Part shown: one piece after another, positions 37,134 to 51,000 of the stretch | How positions within the stretch are numbered: position 1 is the stretch's first letter | Layout: each line of letters starts with the position of its first letter | Translations under genes and position numbers: made by a program | Origin: Raillietiella orientalis | Taxonomy: Eukaryota | Direction of reading: 5' to 3' | DNA length: 64,000 nucleotides | NCBI GenBank assembly: GCA_036172245.1 | Contig: JAYWIR010000018.1 | Location: forward strand, 3,348,001-3,412,000 | The notes under the pieces: generated by a model | Seen by the model: the letters and a program-made list of their open reading frames with translations, nothing else | The model's database searches: none | Told to the model about the DNA's origin: nothing

Positions 37134-40100
37134 ATGAATATTTTAACGGTACTATTATTTTGTTTATCAATTTTCGTAAGACAGGAATCCAATTCATTGG
37201 AGATTGAAGTTTTGCACAGGCCTGAAACCTGTGACAGGGTCACCAAAGTTAACGATTTCGTGCAAGTGCATTACACGGGCACTCTGGAAAATGGGAAAAA
37301 ATTCGATTCAAGGTGAGTTGCTCCGCGGCAAATGTAGATTTCGAATGGCTCCTCCAAGTTCCTCCTCTTTTTTTTTTTTTTCCAAAAAAAAAAAAAAATC
37401 CCAGGGTTCCCTATTTGTCGCAAAGTGTTGGGCTGACGCAGCGAGCGGCCGACGGTTAACATAATAATAACAATATGTAACTTGGCGTTGCGTCACCGCG
37501 ATCGATAAAGTCCCGAACCGATTTTTCCGTTAAGAGCACGTAAACGCTGTTGTCTGTGTTCCGAGATGTTTCAAGACGAATGTCGGTTTCTGGCTACCAC
37601 TTGATTTTCCGGAGTGTACATCCCCCAGTGATAAAGACTCCGGTACATCCAGCTCGCCGATGAGAGCTTTAAAAATACACGAAGAACTTCGGTACGGCAG
37701 CAGCAGCAGCGCGCTTCCGTCGCAACACCGTTGCGTTGCCATGTTGAAACTGAAGCTGTGCCGCCAGAGGCGTTCCGTTCTCAACTTGCGTGAGCCTTGC
37801 GCAGGGCGCATCTTCGCAGCAAAGCTCTCCGCCTCGTACGGATGAAAGATCTGCAGCATTCTTCGTGAACAGCAGCGCTCTTCCGAACGCATTCGCCTTG
37901 CGAAATTAATTTTTATTAAAACTTCAGTGTTTTTGAATAATAATTGGTTATACCAATTATCCGTTCGGAATTTTCGTTTCAAGATTAAAAAGTTCGTCTG
38001 CGTTCCGTGCTGAAGCGCTCGTACGTTTCCAAAATGAATAAGAAAATGAGAAGGATCGTATGGATACTGAAATTCACGAATTTTAAGTACTCCAATACCT
38101 TTTAGCGCTCCAGAATAATTTTCGAACCCATTTGAATTTTCGCTGCATGATTTTAGAATTAACATTCAGGAAAGCTTTAAGACCACATTAAGAAAACCAA
38201 CACTCGTCATTTCCTATATGAGATCATGTTATTATTTAATCGTCCTGGTTAATTTCCCACATAAAATTAGTTTATTTTTTTCGACTATAGCAGCCATGTT
38301 TATTTTCCGGAAACCACCCCCAGGAACGCAAACAGCTTTTCCTGATTCCACGGAATCGCACTTGGTATCACTGTTGGCGCGTACTGCTCGTTTCGTGCGC
38401 AAACTACTTGATGATTCCAATGAATGCACTTCTCTGAATCAGCTGCCTGCAAGAGTCACAGTGCCTCATGAAGGCTCGTGGATTCCTTGGTCACCTTTGT
38501 AGGTTCCCCCAAAGTGGACTTCGTAAGGCTTCTTTTAATTTGCCGATTCAAAGTGCAGTAGCTTGAAGACATCCCAAGTCGCAAAGACTTTTACGGACCT
38601 ATGTCAAGTCCGCTTTGTCCAAAGAGATGCTTTCTGTGTTTACCTGAGAAGATACCAAGCGTGTGTTTGGATTGCATGTGAAATCGTTCCAAGGTCGCAA
38701 GTGGGCTTGGGACATTGCTTCTTCTTATTACATTGTGTTTTTTTGTCGTATTTCTGTTAAGGCTGACAGTAACGTCGCTTAAAGCTAACCAGAACAGGGC
38801 CTCGAGCTACAAATCATCATTTCCACAAAGATTTCGATCATGCTGAATTCTTGCCATGTGCACAATGAAGAGGAAGGCCTAGTTTTGATGCGAGGCCATG
38901 AATTGTGTACGTCCACTGCAAATGAAGGCATGGTGTTTACCTAGGAGCTCTGCGAGTGTATGTGTTCTTATGAGAATCTCTCGAGCTTATCTCTTGATCT
39001 ACAAAGGTGCACCATCTCTTTTGCCCAGTAAACAGACGCACTCCTGTAGAGGGAGACTGCCTCCAGGATTCAGATTAATCATTGCTTTTGGTTTTTATGT
39101 GCATGAAAAGAGATTGTTCGCCAACTTTTAAAGAAAATTCGTTTGGAGGATCACCGATTGCCTCTCGCTAAACTCGGATAATTGTATTTTTTCGTATATG
39201 ACGCAGTGAAGGATATCTTCTTGTAGAAGGCGTACCGGAAGCTCCTTTGCTTTTGCCACGTGATTTATTTCCTAGCTTGGAAAGTCGGGAAAATTAACTG
39301 AAACGTGAATCATGCGTTTCCTAAAGTACTGCCCCAAGAAATTAATACAGACGTGTTTCGAACGTTTAAAAAATTCAGATACGAGCTTCAAGTCTTTAAG
39401 CAGCCAAATTAAGTGCGTTCTTCCAGTCCGTGGTGTTATTATGATATACAAAAATACGCTATGTAATTTCCTCAGCTGTATTCTTCAGATCCAAAATTTC
39501 CGGCCGTTCCGTGAACGTGCTCACACGTGTGCGTATGTAAACATATGTTTGTTTACATACGTATACATGTGTACGTTGGCAAGAGGAAGAAAAATTCAAC
39601 TCTAGTGGATGTCACAGTCGCATGCAACTGGTCCCGTAATATGGAGATGAGATTGAGCATCGTTAAATTGCCGCACGCCAGTATGTAATCAAGGAATACA
39701 AGTGTGCTTGTGTATATGCAACGTACGCAAAGCCATCCAATTCGTATTAGCTCAGTTAATTACCACTCAATAATCTTCATCTCGAGTTACGGTCGCCCAG
39801 AAAACAATTTGGCGAGAAGCAGTGCATGGGATAGATGGACTCGTGAAATTCTGTCCGCAGAAGAAAACGAGGAAAAAAAGAGAGCACTACCCTTCAGATG
39901 AAGAAGTTGTGTTTCGGATTTAATTCTGATCGGTTGCAGTGGACCGGAAAAGTGTAACTGTGAGGTGGGTGAGGTGATTCTGTCATGTAGTGGTTTTTCA
40001 CGTTTGCCCGTGAGCTGGTTTTCTGACCACACCCATTTCCTCTCATGTGGTGTGCTGTGTAGGGGATATGTGAAACGAGGAAGTGCATCGGGTGGGGAGC

Positions 40101-42512
40101 AGATTCCGCTGAGGGGGACTGACAGGGCTTGAAATTCCGCCCTTGCAGCGTTTCATCCCAGCCCTTTACACGTCTGTGATGGGAAAAATTTCCAGAAGAG
40201 AGCAAAAGTGGAAACTGACTCTATGTGTGTGTGTGTGTGTGGAAGTGGTGAGGTTGGAATTTGTGGCTCTGTATACCGATTGTCCTATCTATCGGCCGAC
40301 GCTTTCAGCGCTGACTTAAAATCCTGGAAATAAATTAAATGACGGGATGTGCTGACAGAATGCCTCCTCACTGGGTTGGGTTGGGTTGGGTTTTATTTGT
40401 AAGGAATTACTGATGGGCTGTCATGGATTTGGCTGCTTCAGTGCAGTTCGGTCGATAGCTTAATTATTTTATTGCGTCCATCTGCTGCTGATTCTTTGCG
40501 ACGATAGCCCAGGCAGCTACTCTCTTTCGAAATTTGCTGTGATTTATCCGGATGGCTTGTCCGAGCCTGATTCCTTTCTACAAGTCTGTGCAAGGGTGAA
40601 TGTTCACTTTGCTGAGATTTCGAGTGAGGGTTCGTCATGCTGGACATGTGCAATACCTATTCTCAGTACGCTGGGGCTCCTCACATCGCTAATACGATTC
40701 TCACTCTCTCATGGGCCGCCATTCCTTAAAATTCAGCGAGCCCTGCGAAACCGTTGCGTTGTACGTTTTCAGCAATTTACACGGATGTGTGATTGATGTT
40801 CAATTATTTGTCATTTTTGCGCTTACTGAAAGAATCTTTCCTCGAGATCTTCCTCTTCTCTGCTTGTTTGGCGCTTTGCGTCAGCGTACATTCGGAACTT
40901 TCGTCCGTTGCCCGTGGCAACGTCGGGCCTTCCGTCCGTTCTCAGTCGACGAAGGCGTGCCGGTCAAGACTCGTTTCTTCCCTCGCTGCCTCCTTTTGTC
41001 TCACTCTGGAAGATTCTCAAGAAAATCAAAGGCGGGGCTTTTTCTCTCTCGGATCGTTCCATTCCGTTTCGTGCAGTTTTAATGGGGAAAGCATCCCATG
41101 TGAATCATTTCCCATGTTCTTCGCACTACTACTTATTAACGATTTAATTCGTAATAAGTGCTTGGAGATGTCAACGTTTTTGTTTTCGATAAAATGCATG
41201 TGAAATACGTACAGAATCATTAAGGTGATGATGCCATTGCTTTGCGAGGAGAAACGAATAGTTTTAACTCGTGAATGGTTTGAGCCAGCTGTGAAATCGA
41301 AATTCTACTTTCACCGAGATTTGAAGCAAACTGCGGCAGCGGAAATCTTCTCGAGGATGTTTAGAATGAAGATCTGTGATTCCGTTATCCTAGGATGTTG
41401 ACTTGGAAGCGTATACTGCCTCCCCCTCCCCTCCCCTCGCTATTAATTTATCATAGCAGTGCAGTGAACCTCCGGTTGTTGTTTCGAATCACCGAAAATC
41501 AGGTGTGGTGGTGCCGAACGGGATTCTATTCCGGAACAAAAAGCACACAGAGTCAGCACCATGCACACCTGGAGATGGCTGGGAGATAAGTCATCGTTAG
41601 CCTCTTCCAGAGGCGGCAGCATTTTGCGTTTCGAACGATCCTAAGCAAAACGCTGCTCACGCGCTGTGTGCATCGGAAAGGGATCTGCAGCAGGATGAAT
41701 GCAGCTTTTGCTTGTAAATAGGCCGTGGGTTCGCACTACCACGTCATTAAGCTGAGTCGGCTGCACGCATTTGCCTTTGCAGTCACGAACGATTGCACTG
41801 GCTGGGGGCAGTTTTCCGAAAATCGGGAACAGTGCTCCGAAGACGTGCAGTACCTTTATCTTCGCACACATTGCTTTCAACAAGTGAGCCACTTCCAGGC
41901 AGCGGGATGCACTTCAGGAACAGCCCCATAAAGCTTTTCTCTTGCTTTCCAGCTGGGATAGAGACGCTCCGCTCGACTTTCAGCTGGGCGCGAGGCAGGT
42001 GATCCAAGGATGGGAAGAAGGTTTGCTGGACATGTGTGTCGGCGAAAAGAGGAGACTGGTTGTACCCCCTGAACAGGGATACGGAGACCAGGAGATGGGC
42101 GACCTGATCCCTCCGGGTGGGTACCTTCACCTACCACGCTCCCTTCTCCATGTTTCTTTTTTCTTTTTCGATCATTTACTAATCGTGTGTCCAGGATCCA
42201 CCCTTTTATTCGAAACCGAGCTGGTGAACATAATGGATTCACCTCCCCAGAGGAATGTTTTTGCAGAAGTCGATACGAACGAGGACCAGTTACTGTCAAA
42301 AGAAGAGGTGGGTTGTGGACTCTCAGCCGTACACATCTCCCTACACCACATTCCAGGTGTATGAGTTTATCGTTAAGCAGATTCCCGAGGCATCGAGGAC
42401 AGAGCACGATCCCGATAAAATTGTCGAGGAGGTTTTCCAGCAAGAAGATAAGGACCGAGACGGACATTTAAGCTACGAGGAATTCACTGGACCGAAACAT
42501 GAAGAGCTCTGA
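37134..42512 (+). CDS. FKBP14: ER-lumenal FKBP-type peptidyl-prolyl isomerase, FKBP14/FKBP7 family, 203 aa; exons 37134-37312, 41953-42116, 42195-42307, 42357-42512
   Basis: Signal peptide, VHYTGTLENGKKFDSS, VIQGWEEGLLDMCVGEKRRLVVPPEQGYG, two EF-hands (DTNEDQLLSKEE, DKDRDGHLSYEEF) and C-terminal HEEL retention signal. Introns are GT-AG (4640, 78, 49 nt) with matching phases. Confidence 0.95.
39522..39571. repeat. Alternating purine-pyrimidine hairpin in FKBP14 intron 1
   Basis: cgtatgtaaaca-tatgtt-tgtttacatacg forms a perfect 12-bp stem that extends with G-U pairs. Confidence 0.7.
40224..40241. repeat. (TG)9 microsatellite
   Basis: Read directly from the sequence. Confidence 0.9.
40373..40390 (+). 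repeat. (GGGTT)3GGG, G-quadruplex consensus
   Basis: gggttgggttgggttggg. Confidence 0.75.
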
Positions 42513-43139
42513 TTGAGCATTCAGTAAATGTGTTGCGGAACACGCTTCTTTGGAAATCAAGTGTTTTTCCGTCTTGCGCTTTCGGGCGTTCCGAGCTTCC
42601 GCAGGAAAAACGTCCATCCGGTCCATCCCTATGCCAGTGGTCCATCGCAAACGCGGCAGGCGTGCGCGCTGGGATCGGAATAGTGTCGTCAGATGGCCGA
42701 AATGTTCACAGGACTTTGGCCGCAGTCCACAAAAACGGATGGGGCCGAGCAAGCCTCACGCGAGACTGACCCAGGTCGACGTTGCTTGCGAAGCTGGCGG
42801 ATGGTGACCAGCATGTCAGGAGGAGGACATGGCAAAAGATATCCGCAGCAGCGTTCGCAGCCAGGTGCAAGACAATGTTGTGTTTATCGTTTTTTTTTTT
42901 AACGTCTAGGACACGTCAAAGGGAGTCGCAGAAAATGAATCATGCCTTCAGGCTTTCTTCCCATCTCTTGTTCTTTCATAGCATCATCAGCGTAAGATCG
43001 CCGTTTCTTTGAATCTCTTTCGAGTCTTCCTCTCAGTTATCTTTTCACCTTCATCTCTTTCTTTGAACGCTTTTCCATGTACAGGTATTTCAAGGCACTT
43101 CATCGTGCTTCTTTCAAATCTGCTCATTCTCAGGGACCT

Positions 43140-43640
43140 GTAATATATATATACATTACGTAATAATGTTTAATTTATGTAAATGTTTATTGAAATTATA
43201 TTTACATTAGTTAATTAATTCAAATTAAGAACTATAAAACACAAAATATTTTTTCCCTCCATATTATTTTAGAAAATATTAAGAAGAAAAATTTCATCAC
43301 TCTATAAAAAAACAACTAATTAATCAAAACGTTATTTTTGGAAATAAAACTCAACCTCATTCTGACCACCACTGCTTCACAAAAAACATTATTAACTACG
43401 CTCCATTCATAAATTTCATGAATACCTTTAAAATTAACATTAATTTAAAATTACAATCTTATAGCAGCTATCTCTAAGCCCGCAACTCACTATTAACTTA
43501 TTATTAACATTAACTTATCAGTAATACTTACTTATTACTTCCAAATCGAATTCAACTATATTTCCTTGCACATAGCAGTCACCTTATTTAACTCATCGGC
43601 ATCCAACATTAAGTATCAATTTTTAGTTAATTTCTCTCTG
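43140..43640. repeat. Very AT-rich low-complexity tract
   Basis: Abrupt switch to an almost pure A/T sequence with ttattaac-like micro-repeats. Confidence 0.6.
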
Positions 43641-43699
43641 GTGCAAAACGAAAAATACTCATTGATGAACAAAGGTACTCGTGATAATGGCTAGCGACT

Positions 43700-44930
43700 T
43701 CTGTTCTTGTTTTCCCGAGGACTTTCAGAAACGAGGAAGACATTTGCTCCAGGGCTAATTTGTTCCTCTTTGCACTTTGCTGGCACTTGTGGAAATACCA
43801 AAGAATTGCTTGATCTCTGCGGTATCCTTTCTTCCCTACTTACACATTCTGTCACAAACGTCCTTGAGCTGGACCTCCACCCTGTGATCGGGGCACTCTC
43901 TTCAGCAAGAATAATTCCGCCAGTGTCAGTGAACTGCACTTGAACTCTCACTGCTGTTCTTCTATTTTTCCATATGTGATGACTGACGACGCTGCTCATT
44001 ACGGAAATACAACACTGGATAATACCGTACTCTTCTGAAGATATTACCTCTTTCGCTCCCTAATTCTTACATGAGCAGCTGGAAGTTCATCAGTTAAAAT
44101 AAGTAATGTGCATGTGAAGCCGAAAGGACTCAGATACTTTAGATCATCTCTCTTTCATCTTTCACCTGGATTGTTGGTCTTTTGGCAGCACATCGGAAGT
44201 TGTCCGACCTTGTTTGTCAATTTACCATAGCGAATTCCCATGTTTGGAAAAAGGAACTCTTCCCTATCTCGTCCCCCCCCCCCCCCCCAAAAAAAAAAAA
44301 ATCCCCTGTTTTCAATCTTCTTTCAAAGATCTCTTACATCCCATTACCTTCTCCATTATACCTTATATGAACTCTATCTGCAAGACAATTGCAGTTTGAC
44401 GATTGCAGTGGCTCTTCAAAATTTCCAGAATTCTCACAGGAGCACAAGCATAATGAACCCTTCTCTTCATTATCCTTGCAATTAACGAAGAAAGAGTTTG
44501 CATCTCTTCCTCGTAGAATCCCTTTCGATATTGTTTGTCATTCAACAACTTCCAATTGGGTTGTACTGAGAACAAGTGTAAATGAAGTGGTCCTGTTCAT
44601 TTAGCCTAGCATCTACGCGCATCAAATCAATGTGCTAAGGTCCTTGCTTTCCAGTCATGAATTTCCGTCTCCATTTGTTACTCCAGTTTCCATGTCTTCT
44701 GGAGCAGCGACCATCAGCCTGCGGTCCGTTGAGACAAAAAGGTTGCCCACTGCTGCAAGCGAAGGCATCCAGTCTCGTAGAATGGAGCCATCTTGCCACT
44801 GAAGCAGGCCTGACCAAGACGAACGACGAAATGGATCAACGAAAAGGTCCAGGAGAAGGTGTTGCACTTTCGTAAAAATGGCTCCAAACACGTGTGTGCC
44901 TGAGGTGAGCTGAATTTTCAGCACAGTGCA
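43700..44930 (-). mobile_element. Decayed RT fragment
   Basis: ORF 44655-44924 has DRRLMVAAPEDMET (cf. YADDLVLIA..EDMQ), followed by weak remnants downstream of RT. Confidence 0.4.
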
Positions 44931-45454
44931 TATTTGTACCTGCGTTGATAATTTTCAAAACCTTATACGAGCGTTGACTGCAGGCTCCTCTTCATGGAAT
45001 GCATCACGTAATAAGAAAAAATTCCAATCAAAAAAAAAGTCAGCATACATATCCCTGTATAAGCAGACATTTACAATTCAATACGCAGATGTGTTTGTAT
45101 AGATGACTGAATTCACGTTCACGATAACCAATGGTTTGTCTTCCAATTTTCTTAGATGACTCGTTCTAAGGAACGAACATCTTTGAAGTTTTCTTGTCGT
45201 TTACGGACTGATAACAAGTAGCTTTCCTATACGCTGATGCTTCGTCTTAGAAGGATTCATGTCTTGCGGATACAAAATATGGCAATCTATTCTAATGATG
45301 CAATGGGATTCTAAACTTCTAAACCTTTGTTGGACGACCAAGTTTTGCATGGGAAGCTCCTGTTGGAACTTTATTGAGCATTTGGGTTATTACAATAACT
45401 ATTGCTAGAATGGCTCTGGAGAATCTTACACGAATGATGCTTCCTCCGTGTTAT

Positions 45455-47900
45455 TCACGGTTCCTCGGCGATTTCTTCCGGGGTGAGAGCATGGTCCAGA
45501 TCGTCTGGTTGGACTGCATTTTTCCTTCTTACCTGTGTTGCATAGATGCTACTTGAGAAGCAGATGCAGGTGGCTACCATCCGTAGCCTGATCAGCTTCT
45601 TCTTCGGAATTCCTAGGTGTTGCAGAACGTTGTCGTTTTCAGGATCCCTTGCTCCAAGTGGGCCGACGATGATCGCCTGCACTTTGGTTATCTTCCCAGT
45701 GTTTCCGAGTTGCATGGCGACCTCATAGTATCTGGCCTCCTTTATTTTCCTAGATGTGGTGAACGCCTCCTTTCCGTTTTCAAATAGGCAGGAGATGTCC
45801 AGCACACCTATCCGATCGCTTTTCTCTAAAACCAGGTCTGGTTTTAGGGTGACGGTGGTTCCTGGCACTCTACGATTACTTGATACCACAGTCCACTTGA
45901 CTTCATCGATTTTATTATTTGGAGGGTCTTCTACAAGGGAGTTTTAAATGGTGATAATGGCATACTTGAAAGCTTGCATGATTATTAGTCAATGAGAATA
46001 ACCTAAGGGACTGAAGTCTGCAAGCTGACGCGCTTCTTAAGTATTTCTATCAAGCGGCAGCGTCCCCTCGCGACCAAAAGTTTGCCCACTGCTTGTTTCC
46101 AAAGCTGGATTTTGCCTCAGTTTGCTTCAACTCTTAATAACAACGTTGATTTAGTAGAATTCAAGAAGCGCTATCTCATCTGGAAGTTTCCTGCAGCTAA
46201 TACGAGGCATACGCCAGCGAATATATGGAACATCCAAAGTCCTCTTGCCAAGGCAAACACTCTCTGCTCTTCCTTTTCTGATAAATTTAAAAAGTACGGC
46301 ATTTTTTGCAAGGTCGTCAGACGAGAGCCAGAGTTTGCACGAAAGCTGGAAAAGCAGGGTCTGCACTCTCCGGCGGAGGTGGAAGTCAACTGAATTGTTT
46401 CAAATCGGATCCATGAGAAAACCCGGCCTGCAAGCAAACATATATTTCCATAAACTGGGTCGTGCCAGAGTTGCATTACATGTCTTGATGGAGTGATCAG
46501 TTCACCAAGTGTGGCTGTAGCTGAGTTATGGATTTTATTTTTGAAAGCTCCTTCTAAGACGTCCTCAGTGTCATCCGTTCTCCACTGCTCTCTCCCTCCG
46601 GATCCGAAACATCAACATGAAGAACGGATTGCAGAGTCAAAGTCAGTTAATCTTTGGCACTCCAAAAGAAAGGATCCGAAGAAAAAACAGATGCACGAAG
46701 GCGTCGATGGGGAATCCACAGCAACTTTTGTCTCCATAGGAGACACAAGCCCAACGAAAAACTCGTATCAAACACACCCATCACATCCCTTTATTTCGTA
46801 CGAGTGGACCTCGAGCCAATCCTCCGACGGGCAGATGGAAGCATTCGTTGGCAATCACCCGTTTGCATACTATATTCGAGCATTTCCTGATGGCCCTTGG
46901 CACCGCACTGGCAAAGATGTGCCTCTGTATGGTCTCCAGAACGAGATTCTCGGGCAGTGAGAACCTTCAAGTTCCCGCATCTCCAAATCCGGGGAATGTC
47001 TTGGGGGCTGTTTCCTCTAGCGTCCTGTGTCTGGAGCTCTTGACCCATGAAGAGCTATTTGCCTTGCTTAGCTAGGAAGAGTCTTCTTCACGGAGCGCTT
47101 GACCTCTACTGCGCAAAGCACAGCAGCCTTCTTGACAGTTCGAACTTACATGGAGAGAGCCTGAGACAGAGCTGCGAGCAAGAGAACCCCAGAGGCAGAG
47201 GTGCAGTTTCCTCGAAGTGTACCCATGATCTTCCAGAAGCTGGAGAGGTTTAGCTAATTGGTGAGAAGCGGCGGTACATGTTAAAACAGGAATATCTTTA
47301 AGGATCTTTCGTAGCCCTAGACTACACTGAAAAAGATGCCGAGCTAATTTCCTACTGGAACGCATCCAAAGACCACATGACTGTTCGCTTCACGGCAACA
47401 AGAGCCATGTGGAGCAAGTGCCCGTGTCTCGTGACCGGATGACCTGATGTCCTCAGAGACTTCCATTTTTTCACCGATCCCGAAGACCGTTGGGAGAAGG
47501 CGGGATGCGTTCGGAAAAGGACTCTGTTGGAAGAGGGTGGGTGCTCATTGGCTTCCTCTCCAACGCCCCAGAACGAGAAGGATCTCTGGTGGCTTCCACA
47601 GACCGAAGGTTCGCTTCCGAGGGACCCTTCCCGCCATCCGGAGCTTCCCTTCAACCTCCTTTTGTTTCTTTACAGGTAGGTCGAGTCCTCCACCCATCCG
47701 GTTGGTTCCGAGAAGGCGCACCCTGATCACACGGACCTCTCGAGATGGTGGGAATTTCCACCTCCGCCTCTTCGGATGGAAAAGGATTGTTATCTTTTCC
47801 TGGAGGAACTCCTATCATTGCGCCCTTCGGACCGGAGATAAGCGGCATCTTCGCACAGGATTATCAGCGCCGCGTGCTGCGATCTGCGCTCTCCGGGTCT
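45455..47900 (-). mobile_element. 5'-truncated NeSL/Utopia-like element with decayed RT and a well preserved RLE (ORF 45455-45889)
   Basis: NRRVPGTTVTLKPDLVLEKSDRIGVLDISCLFENGKEAFTTSRKIKEARY...AIIVGPLGARDPENDNVLQHLGI is a classic PD-(D/E)xK RLE of the NeSL/Utopia type. LQKMPYFLNLSEKEEQRVF lies upstream, and RT domain-0-like remnants lie at ~47350-47700. Confidence 0.9.
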
Positions 47901-48010
47901 ATGATTCATTTCTGCTCACCCCGCCATCTCCTCTCGGGCCAGTCGACTGCGATGGCGCTCACGGAAGGCTCGTGAGAGGCACTCGTCACTACCACCACCA
48001 GCCCGATGCA

Positions 48011-51000
48011 ATGAGAGGAACTCCCGGCCCACCTCCCACCCCTCGGAGGTGCCTCTGGATCGTCGCCACGTGGGCGCTGCTCTGTGCCATTGGTAATGTG
48101 ACAGTGTGTGCTTTTTTGATCCCATCGCGTTGGCGAAGAGGACGCGGGACAGAGAATCCCTCTTGAAACCCAACACTCCTCACTTCTTCCCCCTTCCTCG
48201 CCTCCACCTTTCCCAATCTCCCCTGTGATCTCCTGGGAGAGCAGGAAGACCTGTTCTCCCGTTCGTGATCAGAAATCAGTGCTCGGAATCCCTGGAGGTG
48301 CGAAGAGGACAGAAGGGAAAGTCTCCAGGAAACGGCGAGTTTTCCTGCAGAGAGGTGCGCCCACTGGGATCTTCTGTCCTTTATCCCTCCCTTCCCATCT
48401 GTTTCTCCCCTCCTTCCTGCTTCGTCATTCCCCCGTCAGCTGGAATGTGGCACTCGCCCTCCGTCAGAGTATCCTGGGAATGCCTTCGGAAAGGCCATCT
48501 CAGATGTTTCTACGGTCTCCCCTCCACCTTTTGTTTTTCTTCTTTGAGTCCCAGAGGTCTGCGTCTCCCTTCGTCATACTTTCTCCCGATCCTCGTGCAC
48601 CTCCCTCGGCTGCCGCTCTCTTCCTTTCTAATGACCTTGGACGCCTCGAGGTCTCGCGCCTGCCTTAGGGGAAAGAGGAAGGCGCGATCAGAGGAACCGA
48701 CCCTCTCTCTGTTCTACCTCTGCCCTGCAGATTCCATGTGCTGCGCCCAGGGAGCGCCCCGGTCTTCCTTTTCCTGTGGGCGTTCCCCCAGGACGCCTTT
48801 GCCCCTCGAGAGCTGCAGGAGATAATGTGAAGCGAAAGAGGGGGGAGCAAGGAGGGGGAGAAGAGAGATATAACTCTCACTCGCACCTCCGGAGATAGCG
48901 GGGACGTCAGATGATAAGATGGGAGGGGGACTGCGCCAAGAGCCGGAGGTGGCTAAGGTGCGCGCGCTCCGGTTCGCCTCCTCCGCTACCTCCGTAGCTC
49001 CCATTTTGGTCCAGACGGCTGAAAGGAGTAGGGAGAGATCGAGGAAAGGTCTCTGCGCCGCGGAGATGCCAGCGATTGCTGGCATCGGCTCAGGAGGCGA
49101 GCGCTTCCGAGAGACGCAGCAGCAGAAGAGGAGTGAGGCTCTCCTCCCGGCACCTTGCAAGCCTTCCGCGCACGGGCGTTCCGAGATGTTTTCCTTCCTA
49201 TGGAGAACGTCGGGCGTTCCCTGGCAACGAACCTGTCTAGCTACGGAATCGATGAGTCGCCTTCTTCCTGGGTTGTGTCGCTTCCTTTCCTTTTCCGTAG
49301 GAAAGGGAGTGGAGCGCGGGGAGACCATCGCCAATCGTGGCACTGCGTCTAGCGAGCTCTGACGTCATCGGACTCGCACTGAATCAGGAGGGCAGCCAAG
49401 CAGCGTGACCCAAGGCGCCTTCCCTCGCTCCTCTTCCTCCAGCTCTCCAGTAGAAAAGCATGGAATAAGGCACCTGCGCGCTTCAGGAGCCGGCACTCTG
49501 GTGCTTTCCATACCTCTCTCTCCGGCCTCCTCCTTGCTCCCCTTCCTCTGCACAGATCGATAGGAAGATCTGCATTGGTAACCATTCCAGATCCAGTGAG
49601 CTGCACGGCGAACGACGCGGTCGTGTTCGGCCTGCCAGGCACCCGCCTAACCCTCTCCTGCGAGACAGAGTCTACTCAGGACACGTGCATCTGGGAGTCA
49701 GCAGACGAGAGATTCCGGAAAATCCCCTTGTACGAGGGAACGAGGTCATCCCAGCACGTCCTCCGCGGGTCCAGCGACCCTAGGAACTGTAGCATCACCA
49801 TCGACGGGCTGAAGGACTCGGACAACGGTCTCTGGAAGTGCATCACCCTGAAGCCCAACTCGGACCAGATCTCATCCAAGTCCGTGACCGTGCATGTGAT
49901 CAGTGAGTTGTTTCAAGGGTCAGGGGGTGGTCAAGCAGGTCGAGGGACGTGGGCTGAGAAAGGAATGGAGATCGGACTGAGGTGAAGGAAGCATCCCCTG
50001 CGAGAGAAAAGCCTGAAGGTCTTCTGGGAGGTTGAGTTTTCGCCCGGCTGGGCGGGGACTCACGTGGTTTACATCAGACACGTTGGGACGCTCAGAATAG
50101 GGAGCAAGATTCTCCAAGGCGTGGGAAGGGTGGGAGGAGTCGATTCCTGATGCTTGGCTCGATGCGAGGAGGTTTCTGATGCCTCAAAAGGAAAAAACTC
50201 TCAGTAAACGAAAAAAGCATAAACCATAAGGTGGTATAAGCCCTCGCCCCTTTGAAATGTAGCCGTTACCTTCTTCATCAGTCTTTCTAGCACTCCTCTT
50301 TCTCCTTCGCCCTTCTCTTCTTTTCCCACTGTCGTATACAAGAGGGCCGCCTCCCTTGTTTCAGTAGCACAGAAATGGCCAGGAGAAGGAGACCCCGCCG
50401 GCGTGGTATCGTCGCAAGAACGAGCCGCTCCAGCAACATGTGCAACACTCCAAGGGGATAGCCACCGCTGCTGGCGAGGGGAGAGGTGCAGTCGTGTGCG
50501 CACGGCGCCTCTCTCCACCCAGGATGCTTCGGTTGGACGCTCTGATGTCACCGATGGCTTCAGACGGTCCGAAGGCGGTGCCCTGGGACAGAGAGGCTCT
50601 GTCTTCTGGAAACGCCGGGGGAAGGCTATTGGTCATGCTTTTCATAGTGGGGCGAAGAACGCCTGCGCGGTGCAGCATCAGCAAGCTCGGGGACGCGTGC
50701 GAACATCCCAATCGGAGCAGCTTCGGAAGGCACTCGTGGGGACCCCATTGCAGGAGTGAATTGGCACATCCTGAGGGGCAGTGCAGATAGATCTGCACAC
50801 CACGAGGAGTGGGTGAGGACGAGAAGAGTGACTGAGCCAGTCGCTTCCGGGAGAAGACCAAGTAGCATTCCTCCCGGCTCGAGTATTTTCATCGAACTTC
50901 CTAAGAGCCGAAGAGAGCTCTCGCGAGGGACATAGACATTCTCTCACTTTCTCGGGCATCTCGCGCCTCAGTTGCCCCCCGATCGCGTACCCACACCTAC

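Noticed and set aside
37366..37400. Poly-T/poly-A hairpin as a terminator
   Set aside because: It is a simple homopolymer pair in a eukaryotic intron; similar runs occur at ~34818, ~37092 and ~44274.
37530..38165. 211-aa minus-strand ORF inside FKBP14 intron 1
   Set aside because: No recognisable motif, and it crosses a GC-to-AT composition boundary; probably a chance ORF.
40373..40390. TTGGG repeat as an interstitial telomere
   Set aside because: Fewer than four units; kept only as a G4-like motif.
47447..48166. 239-aa ORF as a standalone gene
   Set aside because: Only 48011-48092 (the signal-peptide exon) looks coding; the rest is antisense retroelement sequence and intron.
48900..49500. 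Possible + strand CCHC/RLE remnant in intron 1 of the Ig gene
   Set aside because: The motif resemblance (SRLLPGL versus LRPDL) is too weak to list as a feature.
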